64,000 bases of DNA from a virus. Its lineage: Duplodnaviria > Heunggongvirae > Uroviricota > Caudoviricetes. The position numbers were made by a program, and so were the translations under genes. A model generated the notes under the pieces. That model saw only the letters and a list, made by a program, of their open reading frames with translations. It searched no databases and had not been told where the DNA came from. Each line of letters starts with the position of its first letter. The stretch's first letter is position 1. Positions 47,606 to 58,700 of this stretch are shown here, piece after piece. The stretch lies in the IMG/VR virus record IMGVR_UViG_3300006204_000424, positions 22,382 to 86,381 of that record; one strand, given 5' to 3'.

Positions 47606-49372
47606 TTAATTATAACTTGGTTCACTTTTGTCAAATCTTACAGTTTCAAACACTGGAAATTGGATTGATATACCTCCATCCTTATTCTTTGTTTCTTCTT
47701 TATACTTCACAGTAATGATTTTACCAATTACGCCTTCAGGATTTTGCCAAATTCGTTTTCTATCTTCATCAGAAAATCCACTCCCAACATTAACTTTATT
47801 CCCCTTATAGTCACACACCAACGCTCCCAATGTTCCTCTGTTGCGTCCTGAACCTCCTTCTATGCCAATACACTTAATATCGCAAGATAAAAACTTTTTA
47901 ACCTTTATCAAATTTTTAGTACGCTTGCATTCATAAGGTTCATCTAAATTGATAATAACGCCCTCCCAGTCATTTTCTTCAGCATAATCTAGCCACTTCC
48001 AGATTTCAGAATGATCTGTACCGGCATATAACTGATTTACAACCTCTATATTCTTACAGCAAACATCCTGCAATTGTAAATCAAATAGATTTAAGGCTTT
48101 TCTGCGATTTTTATACGTATTATGTGATTTGCCATTCCAAAATTCTTCTAGCGGAAACAAATCAAATACTACTAATTTTAAGTCCAGTTTATTTTCATCT
48201 TTACTCATCGCTATTCCAGTACCTTTTTGGAAAGATTCTGAGTCTGATAGCCCTTCGCTATTTTTATATAAAAGTTCACCATCAATGAAATAATTCTCAT
48301 ATCCCGTTTTCGTAATATCATTGATAATATGATCCAAGCCTATATATTCTTTTCCCTGTCTGGTCATACACTTATTGCCTACAAAAGCACATCTACAATT
48401 ATGAACCGCATATCCATTTGCGAAATAAGTATGATTATTCTCAACTTCTATGTCATAAGCTCTATTGGATTTTCTTTCACTTGAATGGTTAAATTTAAGT
48501 TCTTCACTTAAAATAATTTTTTCTATTTTTCTTTCAATTAATTTATATTCCCCATAACATTTCGTCCAATCATAATCCTTAATATAGATAGTATCTCCTT
48601 TATATAAGGTTCCCGCCTCTTTCCACCCATCAGGAGTGAATATTTTATGATTTTTTGTTACTTGAATAAAATCTCTAAGGTTCCCTCTTTCTACGGCAGT
48701 TTCTATTTGCATCCATTCTGACCTATCTTTTAGTCCGTTATCAAATACATTTATTACTTTTTGTTTTGATATTTTTTTGGTATTTTCATTAAATGATAAA
48801 ACTTCATCGCCTATAACTATATCTTTAATTTTCTTTTTTGTATTATCAGACATAGTAATATATGTATTTCCATCAAAACATCCGTTTAACTTTCTGGATA
48901 TAGAAATCCATTCATTGCCTTTTAGTTTCACTTTATCAATCGGAGTACCAAGCATAACATCAAAGGTCGGAATAAGTCCATGAATGCACTTGTTCACTAA
49001 TTTTGCATCAGCTCCAAGTTTTATACTTTTTGTGATCAATCCTCTAACAAAATCTTTTACTTCATTACTCATCATACAGCACCACGACTGTACATGTATT
49101 ACATCTTCTTCTCTTCCTGTGTTGTGTTGCTTAATATAATTCAACAATCCTAAAAATTCACTATCAATATCATTATGTACCCAATCTGATGTTTGAACTG
49201 TAATTGAATCAAATTTCTTTTCTGCAATTCCTGTTGTTACATTTCCATCTAACAGGAACTTCAAACATTCCTTAAATAACTCGTTATCTTTGTTATTTGT
49301 AATGATTTTCTTTTTGTCATTTAGGCTACTTGTTTTCTGAATTTGCTTAAATAATTTTATAACTTCTAACAA
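47606..49372 (-). CDS. ATP-dependent DNA ligase interrupted by a mini-intein
   Basis: After removing residues 165-325, motif I is KLNG|CR. Motif III LVVFDL, motif IV EGVIINL, motif V LIKVKK. C-terminal OB-like FPVFETVRFDKS. Confidence 0.65.
   Translation of the reverse strand: MLEVIKLFKQIQKTSSLNDKKKIITNNKDNELFKECLKFLLDGNVTTGIAEKKFDSITVQTSDWVHNDIDSEFLGLLNYIKQHNTGREEDVIHVQSWCCMMSNEVKDFVRGLITKSIKLGADAKLVNKCIHGLIPTFDVMLGTPIDKVKLKGNEWISISRKLNGCFDGNTYITMSDNTKKKIKDIVIGDEVLSFNENTKKISKQKVINVFDNGLKDRSEWMQIETAVERGNLRDFIQVTKNHKIFTPDGWKEAGTLYKGDTIYIKDYDWTKCYGEYKLIERKIEKIILSEELKFNHSSERKSNRAYDIEVENNHTYFANGYAVHNCRCAFVGNKCMTRQGKEYIGLDHIINDITKTGYENYFIDGELLYKNSEGLSDSESFQKGTGIAMSKDENKLDLKLVVFDLFPLEEFWNGKSHNTYKNRRKALNLFDLQLQDVCCKNIEVVNQLYAGTDHSEIWKWLDYAEENDWEGVIINLDEPYECKRTKNLIKVKKFLSCDIKCIGIEGGSGRNRGTLGALVCDYKGNKVNVGSGFSDEDRKRIWQNPEGVIGKIITVKYKEETKNKDGGISIQFPVFETVRFDKSEPSYN
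48398..48880 (-). mobile_element. 161-aa mini-intein (no endonuclease domain) inserted at ligase motif I
   Basis: Begins with Cys + block A (CFDGNTYITMSDNTKKKIKDIVIGDEVLS). Ends TYFANGYAVHN followed by the +1 Cys. Confidence 0.65.
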
Positions 49373-49400
49373 ACATACACTCCTTTCTTCAAAACAAACA

Positions 49401-49676
49401 TTAATCTAATCCGATTATACTTCTATATTTTGTTATAGAAATCTTTTTCATTTTCATATCTATATATGCTTTTAAATTTGTTACATCATATAAGCTTGGC
49501 ATATTATAAATATAATCACGGATTTTATTGACAGCACTTTTACTATCAATATGTTGTTTAGATTCGTCAACACAAACTTCGCCAATTAAACATTGGCTAT
49601 TTCTAAAATTTTCTATTAGATAAATCAATTGTTTTTTTGATAGTTTTTTTAATGTTTCTTTCTCTCTTTTTGTCAC
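49401..49676 (-). CDS. Hypothetical protein
   Basis: 91-aa ORF. No recognised domain. Confidence 0.3.
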   Translation of the reverse strand: MTKREKETLKKLSKKQLIYLIENFRNSQCLIGEVCVDESKQHIDSKSAVNKIRDYIYNMPSLYDVTNLKAYIDMKMKKISITKYRSIIGLD

Positions 49677-49706
49677 TTTCTTCTCCTTTAAAATGCGATT
49701 TCAATA

Positions 49707-50159
49707 CTATTTCTGCTCTAAACTTTCTGCATATTCCCTGATCTTATCTACATTACTTTTCTTTGCCATAATAGAAATTTCTACATATGAATCAACATTT
49801 TTCAAATACTCTTTTACAGCTTTAATATCTTCATCTAAATCTAAATCCTTTTCGTCACAAATATCTTTCACCTTATAATAAAGCCTGTCTCCATCTTCAT
49901 TTAGATTCCAGTCACAATCTGCAACTTCATCTTCTGAATACACTTCTATGGAAAGATCCCCTTCTACTTCACTATGTTTACCATCCAACTCACCAACATA
50001 GATACCACTTGCATTTTCATTGTTTTCGGAATCATATTCATCTAATTCTGTTTTGATTTTTTCATATAAATTCTTTGATATAACCACATCTTCTTCATAA
50101 GTAGCTCCACTATAATACGCCTCTGCATAAACATTTAATTTTACAATATCCATAGTCAC
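49707..50159 (-). CDS. Acidic hypothetical protein
   Basis: 150 aa, strongly Asp/Glu-rich. Confidence 0.35.
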   Translation of the reverse strand: MTMDIVKLNVYAEAYYSGATYEEDVVISKNLYEKIKTELDEYDSENNENASGIYVGELDGKHSEVEGDLSIEVYSEDEVADCDWNLNEDGDRLYYKVKDICDEKDLDLDEDIKAVKEYLKNVDSYVEISIMAKKSNVDKIREYAESLEQK

Positions 50160-50204
50160 ATTCTCCTTTATTTTTTTCTTTGAAAGACTTGTTTCATTAC
50201 CTCA

Positions 50205-50783
50205 TTATTTATCAAAATCTACATTATTCAAAATTTGATATAACTCCCTAATAACTTTCGCATCATATAAAGCATTGTGCTTTTCGCCACTAACTGTGTT
50301 ATCCTTCCACCTATCCCATAATATTTGTTCTCTTGATTTATCAAATGCTTCAGATTGACTAATTCTATAATGTCTTGCAACATCTTGATTTATATCGTAG
50401 CAACTTGCGCTTACATTTTTAGGCAAGTCAAACGCTGTTCCAAACAAATCAATTAATAGAACCATATCGTAATGGCATACATCAGACACCAATTCTACTC
50501 CATCAAATTGGCTAAACCAATTACCAAGAGCCAATGCAATATCATCCTTTGTTCCAATATGATAATTAGGAATATATTTTCTGTCATTTTCACTTTTTGA
50601 TTTATAAAGATTTGCAATGACATTTTCTTCTATCCAATTCCAATTATCTGTATCTGGTAATGTTCTTTTATAATCTGTTAGTTCTGCATAAAAACATCTT
50701 CGATCTTCTGAAATTAGCCCAATGCTAATTAATGTTGTATCTTTATGTAACCCTGTAAATTCTGTATCAAAAAATATTTTCAT
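50205..50783 (-). CDS. DEDDh 3'-5' exonuclease (DnaQ-like)
   Basis: Exo I FFDTEFTG, Exo III HNALYDAKV. Confidence 0.7.
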   Translation of the reverse strand: MKIFFDTEFTGLHKDTTLISIGLISEDRRCFYAELTDYKRTLPDTDNWNWIEENVIANLYKSKSENDRKYIPNYHIGTKDDIALALGNWFSQFDGVELVSDVCHYDMVLLIDLFGTAFDLPKNVSASCYDINQDVARHYRISQSEAFDKSREQILWDRWKDNTVSGEKHNALYDAKVIRELYQILNNVDFDK

Positions 50784-50920
50784 TAGTTAGTTTTATACCT
50801 TACCTTTCCACACTTTTTACATTCACAATGATATAACTTAGCCATTCCTCCGTTAATCATGTAAAGATAAGTGTATTTATAATCATGTTTGCAGAATAAT
50901 CTTTTAATAAATTTCTTCAT
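50784..50920 (-). CDS. 45-aa Cys/His micro-protein coupled (TAATG) to the exonuclease gene
   Basis: AAAGGAG RBS. CKHDY...CECKKCGK. Stop overlaps the exonuclease ATG. Confidence 0.3.
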
Positions 50921-50949
50921 TGTCCAATTTCTCCTTTGAAAGCGTGGAT

Positions 50950-51351
50950 TCATTGTCTCATATATTTCTTTAAAATCGCTATCCTCTGCCTAATCTCAGT
51001 TTCATGTTGTTTAATCTCTTCCACATCGTCATCAGTTATAAAATTAGCCCATCCATACAAATCATTTTCTATGTCTTTAATAAGTTCTTTCTCCAAATCC
51101 TCTATCTTCATCTCAGAAAAATCATGTAATATTGGTTTCTCTTTTTCTTCAATAATAAATAATGAATATGGAGTTATTACTAATGTAAATTCTGTGCCTT
51201 CTTCATCAAACCAAATCACTCCACAGCCTTTATTATGATAATCTATAAAAGCTGCAAGTATATCTATTGGCACGTCTGTTAAATAACTTGGTGTACCATC
51301 AAATGTCCCTAATTTGAAATTACACCAACCATGTTTAGGATTTGAGATCAT
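50950..51351 (-). CDS. Hypothetical protein
   Basis: GAGGAGG RBS before MISNPKHGW. No recognised domain. Confidence 0.35.
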   Translation of the reverse strand: MISNPKHGWCNFKLGTFDGTPSYLTDVPIDILAAFIDYHNKGCGVIWFDEEGTEFTLVITPYSLFIIEEKEKPILHDFSEMKIEDLEKELIKDIENDLYGWANFITDDDVEEIKQHETEIRQRIAILKKYMRQ

Positions 51352-51490
51352 ATAATTCCTCCTCAAATATCTCTTCTACTTTCTGAGCAAACTCAATACC
51401 AATATTTTCAGATACAATTCTGAGAACATCTGATAAGTCTTTGACTTGCTCCCAGTTCCCATTTATCATTATCATAGATAGTCCTCCCGT

Positions 51491-52003
51491 TTATTTATTT
51501 AGAATATTTATAGCCATATCTACATGTTCTCTTTTTAAACCTCCATCACCAAACCATGTAGGCTGTATCCAATTATTTTCATACCCATAATCAGACCATT
51601 GCCAATCTTCATCATCCAATATCACGAAACTTTCTACATCATGTTCGTCAGCCCATTTTTGAATTTCCGCAGCTCTTCCAGTTCCATACTTACATTTAAT
51701 ATCTAAATCTTCTTCTAATCTTATTGTTTCAGGAATATCACCTATAATTTCTGTTTTTAAATATGGTGTATCACCTAAAACATCTATATTATTCTTTGAT
51801 AAAATTTTTCTCAAAACATGATATATTTGAGGTGTATATTTTTCAAATCCTCGCCAGCTAGAGCTAATAACAACTTTTGCATCTGTTTTGTCACATATTT
51901 CTTTAAGAAGTTTCACTTTTCCAATATCAATATTTGCAGTTTCTTCATTTTTATAATTGCTATATGTAAGTTCTCCGTCCACATCCAAAAATATAATTTT
52001 CAC
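51491..52003 (-). CDS. HAD-superfamily phosphatase-like protein
   Basis: N-terminal motif I FLDVDGEL. 170 aa. Confidence 0.45.
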   Translation of the reverse strand: MKIIFLDVDGELTYSNYKNEETANIDIGKVKLLKEICDKTDAKVVISSSWRGFEKYTPQIYHVLRKILSKNNIDVLGDTPYLKTEIIGDIPETIRLEEDLDIKCKYGTGRAAEIQKWADEHDVESFVILDDEDWQWSDYGYENNWIQPTWFGDGGLKREHVDMAINILNK

Positions 52004-52039
52004 ATAATCACCTCACATTCACTGGATAAAACGAGCGAT

Positions 52040-52759
52040 TCATTGATACAAACCTATTCTTTCTTTCGCAATCTGAAAATATTTTTCAGCAATTTCAATT
52101 CCAATAAATTTTCTGTCAAGTTTTTTGCAGCTAACACCACATCCGCCGATACCCATAAAAGGATCAAAAATCGTATCGCCTTTATTAGAAGAATTTTGAA
52201 TTAGAATGTCAGTTAATTCAACTGGCTTTTCTGTATCATGAATTGTCTTATTATTTTCATCCTTCATTTTTTTATTAGCAATTTGTAAAACATCACTTGT
52301 GCCACAATTATTGATTTTCTTGTGTGAGCCTTTCCTTAGCATAATAATATATTCAAACTGACTCATATAAGTTTGTCCCATAATCTTATTATCCTTAACC
52401 CATATAAGACATTTGATATAGTGAAAATCTGATTTATCAATAACATCAAGATAGTGTGTAATATTTTTATTATTGGTCATTATGTAACAGTGACTATTAT
52501 CTTTCAGAACTTTATAGAACTTTGGCAACCAGTCTTCAATTTCCAAATCATTTACATTAAATACCCTTCCATTGTTGACCTCTTTTTTTTGAAACATACC
52601 GCCTGAATTACCACCATTACCCCTTGCTGTAATTTTATAAGGTGGATCAGTAAAAATCATATCTACCTTCTTACCCTTTTCTATCATTAAATCCAATATA
52701 TCTAATGCACTTTCATTAAATATTAAATGTTTATCTTCATTAAGTTTTAAATATTTCAA
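52040..52759 (-). CDS. DNA methyltransferase (DPPY motif; N6-A/N4-C, beta class)
   Basis: IFTDPPYKI (motif IV) precedes DPFMGIGGCGVSCKKLDRKFIGIE (motif I). Confidence 0.75.
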   Translation of the reverse strand: MKYLKLNEDKHLIFNESALDILDLMIEKGKKVDMIFTDPPYKITARGNGGNSGGMFQKKEVNNGRVFNVNDLEIEDWLPKFYKVLKDNSHCYIMTNNKNITHYLDVIDKSDFHYIKCLIWVKDNKIMGQTYMSQFEYIIMLRKGSHKKINNCGTSDVLQIANKKMKDENNKTIHDTEKPVELTDILIQNSSNKGDTIFDPFMGIGGCGVSCKKLDRKFIGIEIAEKYFQIAKERIGLYQ

Positions 52760-52920
52760 TATTTTTTAGGAGCAAATCATGATTTTCTGTGCGCACAAAT
52801 CTCTTTACTCCTTTCATTTATTTTTTTACCTTTGAAACCTATCTTTCATTGATTCATAGGTATTTATTTTCTTATAAATATATGATATACTTAGTCCAAA
52901 AAAATAGTGAGGATATCAAT

Positions 52921-53343
52921 ATGAGCAACCCATCTGGAAATAGAATAAATCATGATTTAGACTATATAAATATTTTACATGATGAATGGAAATTTAGACT
53001 ATCTCAATATTGGTCTCTTACATCCAAAACTGTTTTACTCAGTTTTATATTATTTTTTATTCCTTATATGAAAGACGCTTGGGGTGCTAATACAGGAAAT
53101 TTGCCGAATCAAATTTTTCCAGTAGTAGGAATTATTTTTTCTATTTTTACATGTTTATTATCTACTATTGAAATGAAGAAAATAAATACCATAAAGAATT
53201 CAATCAAAAAATATATTTTAGTACATTCCCAACAAATTGATAGTCCTTACAATTACAATAATACAATTCACCATAATTTACCTATTGCCATATGCTGCGC
53301 TCAAATTATTATAGGTTTTTTTGTACTCATAAGCATTTCATAA
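52921..53343 (+). CDS. Membrane protein, the only plus-strand gene in the replication block
   Basis: 140 aa with three or four hydrophobic helices. The ORF-track start at 52789 was trimmed to Met at 52921. Confidence 0.4.
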   Translation: MSNPSGNRINHDLDYINILHDEWKFRLSQYWSLTSKTVLLSFILFFIPYMKDAWGANTGNLPNQIFPVVGIIFSIFTCLLSTIEMKKINTIKNSIKKYILVHSQQIDSPYNYNNTIHHNLPIAICCAQIIIGFFVLISIS

Positions 53344-53374
53344 TACATAAAAGTCCTATTTTATTGGCATATTT

Positions 53375-53430
53375 AGTCTATATATAGTGGTTTTGCGCTT
53401 TGCAAGCTACTATATATAGACTGTTTTTTA
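53375..53430. terminator. Bidirectional hairpin terminator
   Basis: AGTCTATATATAGTGG - 17 nt - TACTATATATAGACT followed by GTTTTTT. Confidence 0.5.
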
Positions 53431-53432
53431 AA

Positions 53433-55688
53433 TCAAAACACCAACTTTGGATGAGCAGTATCATATAAACATTGCTGCAGATGGGTTTGCTTCTTACTTA
53501 CTCCCTCTTTACTAATCGCCATTCTCAACGCTCCAATTTGTGCTACCATATCACACATTCTTTTTGCTCTCGTGATTCCTGTATATAATAATTCTCTTGT
53601 TAGCAGCGAATATGACCCAAAATCAATCCCGAATATTACATGGTCAAATTGTGATCCTTGCGATTTATGAACAGTAATTGCGTATCCAAGTTCAATACTG
53701 TTTACCTGAGTTCCTTCAACATAAACTTCTCCAATTCCCATGAATGAAATAATTAATGCTTTGTCTTCTGGGAACACATCTTTAATAATCCCCAAATTAC
53801 CGTTAAAAATTGGTGGAATGGTCTTATAGGTATTCTGTGTATTTATAACCTTGTCTCCCTGTCGGAGAATTGTAACTTTTCCTTGGGACACTACTTCAAT
53901 CTGTGGTTTGCTGTCATCACTTGGATTGTACAAATCTTGAATTGTATTATTGATATTATAAGTACAAGCATCTCCATTATTTTTTACTGGCACTAATATC
54001 TGAGTTTCCATTATGTCAAAATTTTCTTTATTCATTGCTTCTGAAAACTTCTGCATAACTTTATAAAATGTATTGCTCTTGTCAGAATAACAATCTAAAG
54101 ACAAATCCTTTAGTTCTCCTCGAATATCTGTACCAACCCAATCTTTTTCTACAATCTGTATTCCTTGTCTAATCTGTCTTGCCTCTGTAACGATTGCTGA
54201 TGAAGCAGCTTGTCTATGCACCTGGCTAAGATACACTGTAGGAATTTCTGGCGAATGGATCATATCAAACGCAATATTTCCACAACCAATAGACTCTAAC
54301 TGTCCCATATCACCCAAACAAATCAGCTTTGCTCCTGAAGGAATCGCTCTAATCAGATAATAGAACAAATACGCATCTACCATTGAAATTTCATCAACAA
54401 TTACGATATCTACGTCCAAAGGATTTTCATCGTGATATGTAAAACCATTTTTACCACCTTCGCCTTGGCACGGATATTTCAACAACCTATGAATCGTGTA
54501 CCCTTCTTCTCCTGTAATCTCTGCCATTCTGGAACTTGCTCTACCAGATAATGCACATTGTACATATACATAATTCTTTAGTGCTTCAAGAAAAGCTGAT
54601 ACAGAAGAACTTTTTCCTGTTCCGGCTTCTCCATGAATAACCACCACATTGTTTTCAAGTGCTTCTTTCACACCTAGCTTTTGTTCTTCTGTAAATTGCC
54701 AGCCATTCTTATGTTCAACGTGCTTAATTGTGTCTTCCCAATCTCCATAAGCGATTTCTGACTTTGCATCTCGTATTCTGATTAATTCTTTCGCAATCTT
54801 ATCTTCTACATTGAAATATTTTCTGAGTCCGATTTGCGTTTTGTCCTCATTCCACCACAAATCTTCTTCCATAGCATGAATCGCTTCTGTAATATTGGCA
54901 TCAGGTATTTCTTCTCCTAACATTTCAATAATTGCACCCATTAGTTCATCTGGTGTTACCCATGAACAACCATTCTGTCCCGAATCGTCCAAATACTTAT
55001 ACATATAAGCACTGATACGCTCTATACTATATTCTCCCATTCCTCCTTCAAGTGCGATTTTATCAGCGGTCTTCCAGCCGATACCTTTCACTTCATTGCA
55101 TAAAACATATGGATTGTTTTTTACTTTCTCAATTACAAGGTCTGGCGAATTGTACTTCTCCATCAATCTTTGTACCATATTATTTGTCAGGTTAAAATCC
55201 TCTAATTCCGAGAAAATCTTTGCAAGATGCATATTTCGATTGAATCTATCTATCCATCTTGCAGCCGTATCAAGCCCACACCCTTTTACTTGAACCAAAT
55301 CTTCTGCTCTATTATTCTTCAAAGACTCAAATGGATTATCTAAAACAGCGTACATATTCTCAATCTGTAACGGAGTAAACAAAGTGGACAGGAATTTTTT
55401 CTGTCCCACTATGTCATCCTCACCAAAAGTAATAGCACTATAGATTGAAATGATATTGTACTGACCTCCCCATTTCGGATCTTCTACATAATCAGCTACC
55501 AATATATAAGGATTACCTTCAATCAATTGAGGCATTGTTCCCTTAATAATAATTTGGTTGAATTTATCTGTCTTTAGTTTACCTTCCTTTACTTTGTCTA
55601 CCGAAACAACCGCTATACCAAATTCATTTTTATAAAACCTGATTGTTTCTACACTGCAAATAATTTTTATTCTATCTTCTAGTGCCAT
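53433..55688 (-). CDS. RecD2/YrrC-like SF1 DNA helicase
   Basis: Walker A HGEAGTGKSS, Walker B VIVDEISMVD, motif YAITVHKSQGSQFDHV. Confidence 0.75.
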   Translation of the reverse strand: MALEDRIKIICSVETIRFYKNEFGIAVVSVDKVKEGKLKTDKFNQIIIKGTMPQLIEGNPYILVADYVEDPKWGGQYNIISIYSAITFGEDDIVGQKKFLSTLFTPLQIENMYAVLDNPFESLKNNRAEDLVQVKGCGLDTAARWIDRFNRNMHLAKIFSELEDFNLTNNMVQRLMEKYNSPDLVIEKVKNNPYVLCNEVKGIGWKTADKIALEGGMGEYSIERISAYMYKYLDDSGQNGCSWVTPDELMGAIIEMLGEEIPDANITEAIHAMEEDLWWNEDKTQIGLRKYFNVEDKIAKELIRIRDAKSEIAYGDWEDTIKHVEHKNGWQFTEEQKLGVKEALENNVVVIHGEAGTGKSSSVSAFLEALKNYVYVQCALSGRASSRMAEITGEEGYTIHRLLKYPCQGEGGKNGFTYHDENPLDVDIVIVDEISMVDAYLFYYLIRAIPSGAKLICLGDMGQLESIGCGNIAFDMIHSPEIPTVYLSQVHRQAASSAIVTEARQIRQGIQIVEKDWVGTDIRGELKDLSLDCYSDKSNTFYKVMQKFSEAMNKENFDIMETQILVPVKNNGDACTYNINNTIQDLYNPSDDSKPQIEVVSQGKVTILRQGDKVINTQNTYKTIPPIFNGNLGIIKDVFPEDKALIISFMGIGEVYVEGTQVNSIELGYAITVHKSQGSQFDHVIFGIDFGSYSLLTRELLYTGITRAKRMCDMVAQIGALRMAISKEGVSKKQTHLQQCLYDTAHPKLVF

Positions 55689-55702
55689 TCTTCCTCTCTT
55701 TC

Positions 55703-58700
55703 CTATACCTTTGTCCGTTCAGATTGCAATAATAATGTTCCATCTTCATAAATCTCTTGGACTCTATTAACTGTGTGTTGATAAATTGTATCTTTGTATA
55801 TCATTGGTCTAAAACTGTCTTCTCTTCTAATACCAGCAACGATAATTTTTGAACCACGACTTAACCAACTTTTTTCAAGTACTGTCTTTTTGTCACTATC
55901 AGGATCAAGTTTCGCTGAAATCTGTTTGTTATAAAACGCATAGTGTCCTTTATTAAATTTCACTTGCACAGCTCCATGTCTGGTTAAAAGTGTTACCATA
56001 CAATGAAGATTATCTGCATTGATTACTGTACCAGCAATTCGAGAAATCTTAAATTTAGGCATTTGTCTTGGTGTCCCGTCTATGTACCGAGTATAATAAT
56101 CATATGGTTCTGGTTCTTCTGGTAATTCAAAGAAATTCACTACACCATATAATTCTTCATTCATATGTTCCAACTCATGTTCTCCATCATAGAAACTTAA
56201 TGCTTGCATAGACCATGAAGGCAAGGAACCATCAGCGTTTTTTCTCCATATTGTTTGGTAGACAGAATCATTATACAATTTCAATGTATCTTCATTTTCA
56301 AACCAATCCTTTAATGACTGAATCTTTTGATCTGCCTCTTTTGCAAATAATTTCTCTGAAACAATGTAATAATCTCCTTTGGTTTTTACTATTGAATCCT
56401 CTGTAAAATGTTCTTTAAAGAATGGCTGTGAATTATCATCTAAAATATAGTAGCCATCATGATATCCTCTTTTGGGTATCTTCTTTCCTTCTTCAATATG
56501 TTTTTCAAATAAGTTTTCATCATCTAAAACATACTTTTTAAAATTCACTGTTCTAACTGCCAAATCTAAGTTGTCAGGTATGATACCCAATCCTATAAGT
56601 TTTCCAAATTGTTGCATTGTAATCTTTTCGCAAGGAATAAAGGCATACTTCTTTAAAAACCAGTCCATTGTTTTTTCTCTATCTTGAGAATGTAAATCTG
56701 TAAAGCAACCAGCTTTTATCAACTGAACCATTTTAGAATTTGTGATCAGCTTAGTATCCAACATTCTCGTGGCAAAATCTTCAATAGAATTAAATGGTTT
56801 GTTTTGAATAATAGCTTGTACAATATCATCACCAATACCATTGATACCCTTAAAGCCAAAAATAATTCTATTGTTCTCAACATCAGCTTTAAAACCAAAT
56901 TCCGCTGAATTGATAAGTGGTAGTTCTACTTTAACATTCTCTTTTTGTACAGACGCTATTGCTATTGCCATCTTGCCATAATTGGTAGAGTCACCAGCAT
57001 TTTCATCTATTGCACCTGAATCTACAATTAAATTCGCTGTCTGCCAATAAATCGGATTGTATTTATAACATAAATTCAATTCCTGTAATCCGATAATCGA
57101 ATATGCCAATGTATGCGATTTATTAAATCCATATCCCCTTTGAGTACATATAAGAACATTCCACACATAATTCGTTAGGTTCTTTGATAAATTTTTCTCT
57201 TTTGCGTTTGCAAAAAATTCATCTTGCAACTGTAGAAACTCTTTAGGTTTCTTTTTTGCTACTGCTTTTCTTAACCTGTCACCCCAAGCCAACGAAAAAC
57301 CACCAATTTTAGGATGCTGTGTTAATAGCACTAAATATTCCTGTGCTTCACAAATGCCAAATGATACGCCTATAATGTCTTTCAAAATATCCTGTTCTTC
57401 TTGCGTAAGTCCGTATTCAGTCATTTCATCATACCAATACTGAATATTTTCTCTAAACCTAGCGTATTTTTGCAATGGAGATTCTGCGCCCTTTTCTTGT
57501 GCCATTAGTCTCAATACAGAATTGATTGTTGCTAATTCGTCAACGGATGCAGGCTTTGCTAATGCAACCGCTTGTACTCCACTTTCTTTTTCCATCTGAA
57601 AGAAAGACATTACTTTGTGGTTCCACAACATCTTCCACATATCTTCTGCTTCACGTTCAAGTGTATATACTCCAATATATTTCTCATAAGTCGCTTTCAA
57701 AGAGCCTTGCCATTCAATTAATTTATTCTCTAATAACAAATCCAATTCCGCTTGCATTTTATCTAATGCATCAATACACAATAAATCTACCTTAATAAGC
57801 GAACAATCCTCGCACATATGAAGATCAAATTGTGTAATTATATCTCCTGAATTGGTTTTCATTAAAGCAGTTGTATCGGTAAAAGGCTTATCTACAAGAA
57901 TAATCCCTCCTGCGTGTGAACCCACACCATTTACTAACCCTTCTATTTTTTGTGCTGCGTTCCACAATTCAGGGTATTTATCCATCTCAGTTACAAATTC
58001 TCTAACTGGTGGATTATCATCATCTCCATAATACATTTGGGATAATGTTCTTAATTGTCCTCTATCTGCTACAATCAAAGAACTGATATATTGTGCAATA
58101 TCATTGTCAATTTTCAATCCACGAGCAGCAGTTAAAATAGCACTTCTACTTTTTTCAGTAGATAAGGTCATGACCTTACTAACTCTATCTTCTCCATAAG
58201 TGTCTTTCATTGCCTGAATAACTGTCTCACGCTTTGAACCACATATATCAATATCTATATCTAACACAGAGGCACGTTCTGGATTCAAAAATCTCCAAGG
58301 ATAAGTTTTTGTCTTTTCTCTCAATGGATTAATTTGTGTAATACCAAGTATATTTAGCAGACAAAATCCTACTCCTGATCCTCGTCCTGCTCCTACCAAT
58401 GTTCCAGCTTCCCAAGCAATCTGTACATCAATGGCAATCTGTAACAGATACTTAGACCATCGTACTTTCATTTTTTCGGAAGAATCCTTGATATAATGCA
58501 AACACTCATTGATTTTTTCATAGGCTTCTTTTGTACGATAATATTCATCCGTATCTATGTATGCGACAATATCTCTTACCAGATGCCTGTCACAGTCATA
58601 TTTTGATTCATAAAAGTCCTTTAATAATGCAATTTTACTTTTGTATTTTTCATATAAGTCTTTGTTTGGTTCACTTGTATCAAGAGGCAAATAAGGAATA

